A stretch of 64,000 nt of DNA from Firmicutes bacterium CAG:460. GTDB lineage: Bacteria; Bacillota_I; Bacilli_A; RF39; UBA660. The notes beneath the pieces were generated by a model. That model did no database searches and was not told the DNA's origin. It was given only the letters and a program-made list of their open reading frames with translations. The translations under genes and the position numbers were made by a program. How positions within the stretch are numbered: position 1 is the stretch's first letter; every line of letters starts with the position of its first letter. Shown here piece by piece: positions 37,670-46,493 of the stretch. Where the stretch lies: assembly GCA_000437355.1 (NCBI GenBank), contig FR899775.1:32523-96522 (forward strand), given 5' to 3'.

Positions 37670-38956
37670 ATGAAAAAGAATTTATTTATAAAATCAACTT
37701 TAATCCTTATTCTAAGTGGTTTTTTAACTAAAATGCTCGGATTTATTATAAAAGTAGTTTATACAAGAATAATTGGAGAATATGGGATAAGTTTATTTAC
37801 TATAGCAACCCCAACATATTCATTATTGCTTACAATTTCAACTTTAGCAATACCTATTTCAATATCTAAATTAGTATCAGAAAATAAAGGACGTTCCATA
37901 AGAATACTAACATCTGCAACTTTTTTAATTTTATCAATTAACTTTTTACTTATATTAATAATTTTCTTAACTAAGGACTTTATTGCTACAAATTTATTAA
38001 AAGAACCACTTGCATCCCCAATACTAATGGCTTTTGCTCTTACACTTCCTTTTGTATCTATTTCTGCAGTATTAAAAGGATATTTTGCAGGGAAACAAAA
38101 TATGGTTCCTCATGCTACAAGTAATATTTTAGAACAAATAGTAAGATTAATTATTATTGTAACTATACTTCCTATACTTATGAAAAAATCTGTTATGTAT
38201 GCGGTACTTGGTTTAATACTTTTAACTATTTTATCAGAAATTTCTTCTATTATAGTATTTTTATTTTTCTTGCCAAAACATATAAACTATAAAACTAATT
38301 TACTTCCTAGTAAAAAGCATACTAAAGATATTTTAAATATTTCTCTTCCTACAGTATCTAGTAGAATTATTGGTAATATTGGTTACTTTTTAGAACCAAT
38401 TATTCTTACTAATTTACTTTTATTCTCAGGTTATACAAATGCTTACATTTTAAGAGAATATGGAGCTTATAACGCTTATTCTTTAGCACTTTTAACTATG
38501 CCAGGATTCTTTATTGCAGCCATTTCTACATCATTGTTACCAGAAATAAGTAAGTTTCATGGAGAAAGAAATTCTTCTATGGTTAAAAGAAGAATTAAAC
38601 AAAGTCTTTTATTTGCACTTTTAATTGGAACATTTTTTTCATTTATAATATTTACTTTTAGAGATAAATTATTATTTACTTTATATAACACCACAAATGG
38701 TTCTGATTATATCAAAATACTTGCTCCATTCTTTGTACTTTTTTACTTAGAAGGTGTTCTTACATCTGCTTTACAAGCTTTGGGACATGCTAAAATTACC
38801 ATGAACATAACTTTATGGGGAGTTATTTTAAAATTACTTGTTATGGCAATTTTATCTTTATGTCACATTGGAATTTATAGTTTAGTTATTGCAGAAATAA
38901 TAAATATTTTGTTTGTTGTTTTAATCAATTTCAAATATTTAAAAATATATGTTTAA
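37670..38956 (+). CDS. MOP-superfamily flippase (MurJ/SpoVB/Wzx-like polysaccharide biosynthesis protein)
   Basis: About 428 aa and polytopic (12 or more TM segments), with an N-terminus KSTLILILSGFLTKMLGFIIKVVYTRIIGEYGISLF typical of SpoVB/MurJ-type proteins. Confidence 0.7.
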   Translation: MKKNLFIKSTLILILSGFLTKMLGFIIKVVYTRIIGEYGISLFTIATPTYSLLLTISTLAIPISISKLVSENKGRSIRILTSATFLILSINFLLILIIFLTKDFIATNLLKEPLASPILMAFALTLPFVSISAVLKGYFAGKQNMVPHATSNILEQIVRLIIIVTILPILMKKSVMYAVLGLILLTILSEISSIIVFLFFLPKHINYKTNLLPSKKHTKDILNISLPTVSSRIIGNIGYFLEPIILTNLLLFSGYTNAYILREYGAYNAYSLALLTMPGFFIAAISTSLLPEISKFHGERNSSMVKRRIKQSLLFALLIGTFFSFIIFTFRDKLLFTLYNTTNGSDYIKILAPFFVLFYLEGVLTSALQALGHAKITMNITLWGVILKLLVMAILSLCHIGIYSLVIAEIINILFVVLINFKYLKIYV

Positions 38957-38977
38957 AATATTTGAGTCTCAGTGTTT

Positions 38978-40702
38978 TTATATTTCATTTTCATATAAAC
39001 TTTTATAAATTTTACTTTTCTTTAATAGTTGTTTATGTGTACCACTTGCTACAACTTTACCATCATCAATTAAATAAATAAAATCAGCATCCATTATTGT
39101 AGATAATCTGTGAGCAACTATTATAATTGTATGATTTTCTACAAGATTATCAATTGCTATTTTAATTTTGTTTTGATTTTCATTATCGAGTGCACTTGTG
39201 GCTTCATCAAACAAAATTATCTTACTATCTTTAAGTAGCGCCCTAGCTATTGCTAATCTTTGTTTTTGGCCACCCGATAAATTAATTCCACCTTCTCCAA
39301 TCATAGTATCATACTTATTTGGAAGACTCATAATATATTCATCTATTTCTGCTAACTTACAAGCATTTCTAATTTTTTTTAAAGACATATAAGGATCAAT
39401 TATTTTTAAATTTTCAAGAATAGTTTTATTAAAAATAAACGGTTCTTGTCTAATAATAGCTATATTTTGCCTTAAAGCATCTTCTGTAAAATCTTTTATT
39501 GGGATATCATCTACCAAAATAACTCCAGCATCCGGGTTAAAATATCTAAGTAGTAAATTAAATATTGTTGTTTTACCTTGTCCACTTTTGCCAACTATAG
39601 CAACTTTTTTACCCGTTGGAATATCTAAATTAAAATCCTTAAATATTTCTATATCTTCATTTGGATATTTAAAAATTATATTTTTAAATACGACATTTCC
39701 TTCTATATCAGTTTTAGAAATAATACCAAACTTTTCATCTTCATAAAGTTTATTATCAAGTATCTCACTTAATCTTTCAATTGATACTTTCATTTTTTGT
39801 ATACTAGTTGATAAATTCATCATTAATTCAATTGTATTCATAAACCTATAAATATAATATGTCATAGCCATAAAGAAAGCAAAAGAACCATTTCCATTAA
39901 TAATAAGAAGGATACAAGTAGTAAATATAACAAACTCTAAAATACTATTTAAATTATAAATCCAAGCATTATAATTTCTTTCTATAATCATTTGTTTATT
40001 AATTTTAAAATATATATTTCTAATTATATTCTTAAAATTATCATTCATACTTTTTCTAATTCCTAAAGCTCTTATTTCTCTAATACCACGAACAGATTCA
40101 CTTACATCTGCAACTGCTCTATCTTTTTCCTTATTTATTTCTTTTTGTTTTTCCTTAATACTAGGCAAATACTTATGAGAAATAATATAGAACAACACTA
40201 AATATATTATTACTTCCAAAGCTACTATCCATGAATTAAAACAAATATAAATAAATACAATTGCACAAGTAAGAAGGGATATTGTTATTCTAAGAATTTG
40301 CCTGAAAGAATCCGCTATTGTAGATGAATCATTAGTAATTCTATTTATAAATTCTCCACTAGATTTTTCTTCGAAAGCTCTAGCTGGTAATAACCCTACT
40401 TTTTCATAAACTGCATACCCAATTTTTTCCATTATATTATTAGCACACTTTTCCATATAAATTCTACCATATCTATCAAAAAATAAATTATCTAAAACAT
40501 CAATAATAAATATTAAAAATAATACTGCTATTGCTAAGCCAAATGAACTAATTCTAGTTTTATCTATTGCAAGTCCAATTAAATAACCATACAAAGTTCC
40601 TGTCGTAGAGGTAATAAATAAAAGAATAAAAGATTTAATAAAAAGTTTCTTTTCTCCACTACAATACTTTTTAAAAAATCTTATTATTTCCTTTAACTTC
40701 AT
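38978..40702 (-). CDS. ABC exporter, fused permease/ATPase (MsbA/LmrA type)
   Basis: Six-TM N-domain, Walker A GKSGQGKTT, ABC signature LSGGQKQR and Walker B ILFDEATSALD. Confidence 0.9.
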   Translation of the reverse strand: MKLKEIIRFFKKYCSGEKKLFIKSFILLFITSTTGTLYGYLIGLAIDKTRISSFGLAIAVLFLIFIIDVLDNLFFDRYGRIYMEKCANNIMEKIGYAVYEKVGLLPARAFEEKSSGEFINRITNDSSTIADSFRQILRITISLLTCAIVFIYICFNSWIVALEVIIYLVLFYIISHKYLPSIKEKQKEINKEKDRAVADVSESVRGIREIRALGIRKSMNDNFKNIIRNIYFKINKQMIIERNYNAWIYNLNSILEFVIFTTCILLIINGNGSFAFFMAMTYYIYRFMNTIELMMNLSTSIQKMKVSIERLSEILDNKLYEDEKFGIISKTDIEGNVVFKNIIFKYPNEDIEIFKDFNLDIPTGKKVAIVGKSGQGKTTIFNLLLRYFNPDAGVILVDDIPIKDFTEDALRQNIAIIRQEPFIFNKTILENLKIIDPYMSLKKIRNACKLAEIDEYIMSLPNKYDTMIGEGGINLSGGQKQRLAIARALLKDSKIILFDEATSALDNENQNKIKIAIDNLVENHTIIIVAHRLSTIMDADFIYLIDDGKVVASGTHKQLLKKSKIYKSLYENEI

Positions 40703-40704
40703 AA

Positions 40705-43254
40705 TTACTCACCCTTTTTAATCTTTTGTTTTAAATCAAATAAGACATTTAATGCTTCCATTGGTGTTGTATTTAAAACATCAATATTTTCTATTGTCTC
40801 TTTTATTATATCATCTTTTTTAACATTTGTTTCAAAATCCATAGTAAGTTGTATTTTTTCTTCTGGATTTTTCTTTTTAGCATTACTTTCATATTCATTT
40901 AATATTTCATCAGCTCTTTTTAATAAAGAATCTGGCATTTTAGCAAGTCTTGCTACATGAATACCATAACTTTTGTCAACAGCACCATTTTTAACTTTAT
41001 GTAAGAAAGTTATTTCATTACCATTTTCTACTGCACTAACATGAACATTTTTAATATTTTTATATTTTTTATCAAGTCTTGTAAGTTCATGATAATGAGT
41101 TGAAAATAAAGTAAATGATTTAATATTATCACTGATATATTCTAATATTGCTTGAGCTAGACTCATACCATCATATGTTGCTGTACCTCTTCCTAATTCA
41201 TCAAATAAAATTAAACTATTAGCTGTAGCATTATGAATCGCATTTCTAGCTTCTTTCATTTCTACCATAAATGTTGATTCTCCACTTACTAAGTCATCAC
41301 TAGCTCCAATTCTTGTAAAAATCTTATCAATAATTGGTAGTGTTGCAGATTCACAAGGAACAAAAGACCCCATCTGTGCCATAATAACTATAATAGCAAG
41401 TTGTCTCATAAATGTTGATTTACCACTCATATTAGGACCAGTTATAAGTAAAGTATTTACACCATTATCTAATTCACAATCATTTGGTACATATTCAAGT
41501 TTACTTACCACTTCCACAACAGGATGTCTACCATTTTTAATATCAATAATGTGTTCATCTGTAATATTTGGTCTAACTAAATTATATTCTTCACTACAAA
41601 CAGATAAAGAAACTAAAGCATCTAATTCACCTAAAACATCTGCTGCGGCATTTAAATGTGGTACTTCTTGTTTTACTATATTTTTAATATCACAAAATAT
41701 TTTATATTCTAAATCTATAATATTTTCTTCAGCATTTAAAATCATACTTTCTTTTTCTTTTAATTCTGGAGAAATATATCTTTCACAATTAGTTAAAGTT
41801 TGTCTTCTTTCCCAATGATATTCATCTTTAACTAAATTCTTACTTCCATTAGGTATTTCAATAAAATAACCAAAAACTTTATTAAAACCAACTTTTAAAC
41901 TCTTAATACCAGTTTCTTCTTTAACCTTTGCTTCAAAAGCCGCCACAAAATCTTTACCACCACTACGAATATTTCTAAGTTCATCAAGTTCACTATTAAA
42001 CCCGGTCTTAATCATATATCCTTCTTTTATAGATATCGGTGGGTCATCAACTATTGAAGCATCTAAAAGTTTAAATAATTCTTCATGAGTATCAAGTGAA
42101 TAATCGAAACCTAAAGCAGCAATTTTTTCTTTAATCATTGGTATTACTTTAATACTATTTTTAAGTTGTAATAAATCTCTAGCATTTAGGGAACCATTTA
42201 TTACTTTACCAGATAATCTTTCAATATCATAAACTTCATATAATAAATTTTTAAGTTCATCTTTTATAATAAACTCATTATTTAATTTTTCTATTTTATC
42301 ATATCTTTCATTTATTTTATCTTTATTCTTTAATGGATTTAACATCCAACTTTTTAACTTACGACTTCCCATTGCAGTTTTACATTTATCTAAAAGCCAT
42401 ACTAAAGAATAAGTTCTTTCTTTTAATCTTAATGTTTCAACTAACTCTAAATTTCTAATACTATGAATATCCATTTCTAAATAATCATTTTTATGTAAAT
42501 AATTTATTTTAGTTATATGACTTAAATCTTTTAATTGTCTTACATCTAAATAATAAAATAAATGTGCAACTCCACTTTTAACTCTAGCATCTGGTATTGA
42601 TTCTAACATGGTTTTATATTTATCCCACAAGAATTCACTATTTATTGTTACTTCAACATTATAAGTATTTTTAAGTAAATTAATTAGATTTGTATTTAAA
42701 TTATCTACTAATATTACTTCTTTTAAATTAAGTTCAAGTATTTCATTTATTAATGTTTCTTCATTATTTTCAATAGATATTGTAGCAAGATAACTTGTAG
42801 AAATATCTAAAATTGTAAGTAAAATACTATCACTAAAAAACAATATACTTGCTATATAAGATGTATCTTTATCATTTAATAAATCATTATCTGCTATTGT
42901 ACCTTTACTTATTACATCTACTATTCCTCTTTTAACCATTCCTTTAGTGTATCGTGGGTCTTCTAATTGTTCACAGATAGCAACTTTATAACCTTTATTT
43001 ACTAGTTTTTCAATATACGTTTTAACACTAGCATGAGGAACTCCACACATAGGAACTTTCTCTTCAAGGCCAGCTACTCTTCCTGTTAAAGTTAATTCAA
43101 GTTCTCTAGATGCAATTAAAGCATCATCAAAAAACATTTCATAAAAGTCCCCAAGGCGATAAAAGACAAGTTCATCTTTATACTTATCTTTTATTTCCAT
43201 ATATTGAGCCATCATCGGACTTAATTTACTTCTATCTACTTCACTTAATTTCAT
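40705..43254 (-). CDS. mutS: DNA mismatch repair protein MutS
   Basis: N-terminus SPMMAQYMEIKDKY...FYRLGDFYEMFFDDA, Walker A GPNMSGKST, and STFMVEM. No mutL gene follows it; an ABC exporter follows instead. Confidence 0.95.
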   Translation of the reverse strand: MKLSEVDRSKLSPMMAQYMEIKDKYKDELVFYRLGDFYEMFFDDALIASRELELTLTGRVAGLEEKVPMCGVPHASVKTYIEKLVNKGYKVAICEQLEDPRYTKGMVKRGIVDVISKGTIADNDLLNDKDTSYIASILFFSDSILLTILDISTSYLATISIENNEETLINEILELNLKEVILVDNLNTNLINLLKNTYNVEVTINSEFLWDKYKTMLESIPDARVKSGVAHLFYYLDVRQLKDLSHITKINYLHKNDYLEMDIHSIRNLELVETLRLKERTYSLVWLLDKCKTAMGSRKLKSWMLNPLKNKDKINERYDKIEKLNNEFIIKDELKNLLYEVYDIERLSGKVINGSLNARDLLQLKNSIKVIPMIKEKIAALGFDYSLDTHEELFKLLDASIVDDPPISIKEGYMIKTGFNSELDELRNIRSGGKDFVAAFEAKVKEETGIKSLKVGFNKVFGYFIEIPNGSKNLVKDEYHWERRQTLTNCERYISPELKEKESMILNAEENIIDLEYKIFCDIKNIVKQEVPHLNAAADVLGELDALVSLSVCSEEYNLVRPNITDEHIIDIKNGRHPVVEVVSKLEYVPNDCELDNGVNTLLITGPNMSGKSTFMRQLAIIVIMAQMGSFVPCESATLPIIDKIFTRIGASDDLVSGESTFMVEMKEARNAIHNATANSLILFDELGRGTATYDGMSLAQAILEYISDNIKSFTLFSTHYHELTRLDKKYKNIKNVHVSAVENGNEITFLHKVKNGAVDKSYGIHVARLAKMPDSLLKRADEILNEYESNAKKKNPEEKIQLTMDFETNVKKDDIIKETIENIDVLNTTPMEALNVLFDLKQKIKKGE

Positions 43255-43374
43255 ACTTCAAAACCTCTGTTTAGATATTATAACACAACACACATTAATT
43301 TTTTATAAAAATTTCTTATAATCTGTAATTTTTAACTAACTTTTATAAAATTTTGTGAGGTAATACCGACATTT

Positions 43375-43606
43375 GAACATAACTTAATTTTCTAACGAAA
43401 TTCAAGTATCTGTGTTACCTCACGGTAACACTTTTCTGTTTCACCGAAACCTTAGGTTTCTCCACAGACCAATTTTGGATGGTCGCCACCCTACTTATTT
43501 TTATTTCGTTCTTATTTATATTATACATTCTTTCATATATATTTTCAATCCTTCAAACATTATATTTATACTTGCATTTATATCTCTATCATGTATCATT
43601 CCACAT
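43375..43606 (-). mobile_element. Solo right-end fragment of the IS200/IS605-type tnpB element (last tnpB codons plus an omega-RNA-like scaffold)
   Basis: About 232 nt that is nearly identical to 43976-44211. Similarity stops at 43606, where Mn-catalase coding sequence begins. Confidence 0.6.
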
Positions 43607-43996
43607 AATGAATTAGGTCACTTAGAAATGGTTGCTACAATAGTTTCACAATTAATTGCTAATGCTACAATTGATGAAATTAAAGAAGCGGGACTTGAAA
43701 GTTTTTATACAGAACATGGAAAAGGAGTTTTCCCAATGAGTGCTGATGGAGTTGCTTTTGATGCATCAACATTTGCAGTTACTGGCAACCCACTTGCAGA
43801 TTTAGTTGAAGATATGGCTGCAGAACAAAAAGCTAGAGTTGCTTATGAACATTTAATTGATTTGGCAACTGACCCTAAAGTAATTGAACCACTTTTATTC
43901 TTACGTCAAAGAGAAATTGTTCACTTTAATCGTTTTCAAGAACTATATAATTATTATAAGGATAAAGGATATAAAGAACATAACTTAAATTTCTAA
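43607..43996 (+). pseudogene. 5'-truncated manganese catalase gene (CotJC/YjqC family)
   Basis: HNELGHLEMVATIV...DLVEDMAAEQKARVAYEHLIDLA...LLFLRQREIVHFNRF matches the central and C-terminal part of Mn catalases. The N-terminal metal-binding helix region is absent. The N-terminal 65 aa of tracked ORF 43412..43996 are read-through of IS DNA. Confidence 0.7.
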
Positions 43997-44215
43997 CGAA
44001 ATTCAAGTATCTGTGTTACCTCACGGTAACACTTTTCTGTTTCACAGAAACCTTTGGTTTCTCCACAGACCAACTTCGGATGGTCGCCACCCTACTTATT
44101 TTTATTTATTTTGTTCTTATTTATATTAAATAACTTTTCATATATATTTTCAATCCCTCAAACATTATATTTATACTTGCATTTATATCTCTATCATGTA
44201 TCATTCCACATTTTG
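43976..44215 (-). ncRNA. Putative omega-RNA (reRNA) scaffold at the tnpB 3' end / right end
   Basis: The region is GC-enriched and structured on the minus strand, with hairpins GAAACC-uaa/aaa-GGUUUC and GUUACC-guga-GGUAAC. Its position overlaps the tnpB stop, as expected for TnpB guide RNAs. The boundaries are not defined. Confidence 0.4.
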
Positions 44216-44573
44216 GACATGCCCATTTTCTTACACTTAAATCTTTTAATTCTTCATTTTTATAATCACATCTATTACAACATTGACTACTTGGGTAATA
44301 TTTATTTATTTCAATTACTTTTTTACCTAACCAATTTGATTTATATTTTAAGACTCGTATAAATTCACTGATTGGTAAGTTTTTTAAGTGTTTTGCTATT
44401 TTATGGACTTGATACATACTTTTAATATCTAATGTTTCTACTGCTACAATGTCATTTTCCTTCAAAATATTATTTGCAAGCTTATATATCATATGTTTTC
44501 TGGCATTTCTAATCTTTAAATACAATCTTTGTATTTTTAATTTTACTTTATATCTATTCTTACTTCCGTCCAT
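44121..44573 (-). pseudogene. tnpB: tnpB fragment (C-terminal part, includes the true stop)
   Basis: ...AVETLDIKSM...CCNRCDYKNEELKDLSVRKWACPKCGMIHDRDINASINIMFEGLKIY. Confidence 0.75.
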
Positions 44574-44914
44574 TTTCTTACACTTAAATCTTTTACTTCT
44601 TCATTTTTATAATCACATCTATTACAGCATTGACTACTCGGATAATATTTATTTATCTCAATTACTTTTTTACCTAACCAATTTGATTTATATTTTAAGA
44701 CTCGTATGAATTCACTGATTGGTATGTTTTTTAAATGTTTTGCTATTTTATGGACTAGATACATGTTTTTAACATCTAAGCTTTCAACAGCTACAATGTC
44801 ATTTTCCTTCAAAATATTATTTGCAAGTTTATATATCATATGTTTTCTGGCATTTCTAATTTTTAAATACAATCTTTGTATTTTTAATTTTACTTTATAT
44901 CTATTCTTACTTCC
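44221..44914. repeat. Tandem duplication, 2 x about 347 bp, inside tnpB
   Basis: 44221-44567 and 44568-44914 align end to end with about 5 percent substitutions (by eye). Confidence 0.85.
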
Positions 44915-45040
44915 AGGCTTACATCTTGATAACCATTTTTGTAATCCTTTTAGCCTTTTTTCATTTATCTTTACTTCATTTTTTAATTTTTCTCCATTTG
45001 AAGTTACTATAAAATCTTTAATTCCTAAATCTAATCCCAC
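44543..45040 (-). pseudogene. tnpB: tnpB fragment (middle part, ends at a duplication junction)
   Basis: MGLDLGIKDFIVTSNGEKL...AVESLDVKNM...CCNRCDYKNEEVKDLSVRKW, then out-of-frame read-through into the next repeat copy. Confidence 0.75.
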
Positions 45041-45240
45041 GATTGATGTTGGATTTATTGAATACTTAATAAATGGCTGGTTTACATCTTGATAACCACT
45101 TTTGTAATCCTTTTAATCTCTTCTCATTTATCTTTACTTCATTTTTTAGTTTCTCTCCATTTGATGTTACTATAAAATTCTTAATCCCTAAATCTAATCC
45201 CACGATTGATGTTGGATTTATTGAATACTTAATAAATGGC
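44915..45240. repeat. Tandem duplication, 2 x about 163 bp, inside tnpB
   Basis: 44915-45077 and 45078-45240 align: GGCTTACATCTTGATAACCA...AATAAATGGC against GGTTTACATCTTGATAACCA...AATAAATGGC. Confidence 0.85.
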
Positions 45241-45315
45241 ACTTCAACAAGGATGCTTACAAAATACTTGTTAGCATCTTTGCTAATTGTTGCTGATTTT
45301 ATTTTACCTACAATT

Positions 45316-45539
45316 TCTTTAGTTGTTCTATATCCTCGAAACTTTACTTCTTTTAATTTTGGTAATGTTATTACTCTTTTATTAAAATCTACTCTGATAG
45401 TTTCATACTTTTTATTTTTATAAGTACTTCTTTAGTTGTTCTATATCCACGAAACTTTACTTCTTTTAATTTTGGTAATGTTATTATTCTTTTATTAAAA
45501 TCTACTCTGATAGTTTCATACTTTTTATTTTTATAAGTA
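45316..45539. repeat. Tandem duplication, 2 x about 112 bp, inside tnpB
   Basis: 45316-45426 and 45429-45539 align (TTCTTTAGTTGTTCTATATCC(T/A)CGAAAC...TTTTTATAAGTA). Confidence 0.85.
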
Positions 45540-45886
45540 TTCAGTGTATTATTAGTTCTAAAACTATCATGTACACCTTTTGCCCTAAATTTTGGATAAC
45601 CATTTCCTCTAAAAAACTTTTGAAATGCATCATCTAAATTATATACACACGCTTGCAAAGCACATGAATCTATTTCTCTTAACCATTCTTTTTCTCTTTT
45701 TAAATCTGTTAGCTCTTTTAATTGTTCATAAACATGCACTTTTGTTTTACTTTCTTCATATTTATTTTTTCTTTCTGCTAGAAAATTATTATAAATATAT
45801 CTAGTACATCCAAAAGTTTTTTCAATTAATTCTCTTTGTGAATCAGTAGGATAAATTCTTAATTTATATGCCTTATAAGTATTCAT
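45389..45886 (-). pseudogene. tnpB: tnpB fragment (N-terminal part, copy 2)
   Basis: MNTYKAYKLRIYPTDSQRELIEKTFGCTRYIYNNFL...KLKEVKFRGYRTTKE, then truncated at a duplication junction. Confidence 0.75.
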
Positions 45887-46377
45887 TAAACCATCCCCCT
45901 CGGATGATTAAATTATATCATATGTTCGGCCATATATCAAGATTTATTTTTGCAAAATTTGGATGACTTTCTTCATGTACACCTTTTGCCCTAAATTTTG
46001 GATAACCTTTACCATGAAAAAATCCTTGAAATGCATCATCCAAATTATATACACATGCTTGTAAGACACATGAATCTATTTCTCTTAACCATTCTTTTTC
46101 TCTTTTTAAATCTGTTAGCTCTTTTAATTGTTCATAAACATGCACTTTTGTTTTACTTTCTTCATATTTATTTTTTCTTTCTGCTAGAAAATTATTATAA
46201 ATATATCTAGTACATCCAAAAGTTTTTTCAATTAATTCTCTTTGTGAATCAGTAGGATAAATTCTTAATTTATATGCTTTATAAGTGTTCATTAAACCAT
46301 CCCCCTTGGATGATTAAATTATATCATATGTTCGGCCATATATCAAGGTTTTATTTTGCAAATTTTGGATGACTTTC
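45567..46377. repeat. Tandem duplication, 2 x about 405 bp (tnpB codons 1 to about 105 plus the left end)
   Basis: 45567-45971 and 45973-46377 align. Both copies contain the left-end sequence TTAAACCATCCCCCT(C/T)GGATGATTAAATTATATCATATGTTCGGCCATATATCAAG. Confidence 0.85.
45918..46292 (-). pseudogene. tnpB: tnpB fragment (N-terminal part, copy 1, reads into a second left-end copy)
   Basis: The N-terminus is the same as copy 2 up to RAKGVH. The ORF then continues into the duplicated left-end sequence. Confidence 0.75.
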
Positions 46378-46385
46378 CTAGTATA

Positions 46386-46416
46386 CAAGAAAAAAAGTGC
46401 TTAACTATTGCACTTT
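46386..46416 (-). terminator. Intrinsic terminator of proS
   Basis: AAAGTGC-ttaactatt-GCACTTT, followed on the minus strand by a run of seven T. Confidence 0.55.
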
Positions 46417-46493
46417 ATTTTATAATTAACTAACTCTTATTGGGTCACTACTTGTACCAATTCCACTAGTATAAAATATAGAACTTTTTAAAA

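Larger units (their letters stand above)
43976..46377 (-). mobile_element. tnpB: IS200/IS605-family tnpB-only (IS1341-like) element expanded by four tandem partial duplications
   Basis: TnpB hallmarks are spread over four ORF fragments:
- an N-terminal HTH (MNTYKAYKLRIYPT);
- RuvC-I GLDLGIK;
- RuvC-II AVE(T/S)LD;
- a zinc finger CCNRC...CPKCG;
- RuvC-III HDRDINASINI.
Collapsing the duplications leaves about 1.37 kb, the normal size for such an element. Confidence 0.8.

Noticed and set aside
43412-43606. The N-terminal 65 residues of tracked ORF 43412..43996.
   Set aside because: This part is read-through of the IS right-end repeat, which has an identical copy at 43976-44211. Catalase homology only begins at 43607.
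44054-46210. Plus-strand ORFs across the IS region (44054..44362, 44449..44709, 44706..45092, 45073..45423, 45998..46210).
   Set aside because: They are antisense to tnpB fragments. Their products are repetitive Leu/Phe/Ile strings that simply mirror the tandem duplications.
44221-46377. Whether the tandem repeats could be a CRISPR array or a satellite.
   Set aside because: The units are 112-405 bp with no spacer structure, and every unit is a segment of tnpB or its left end.
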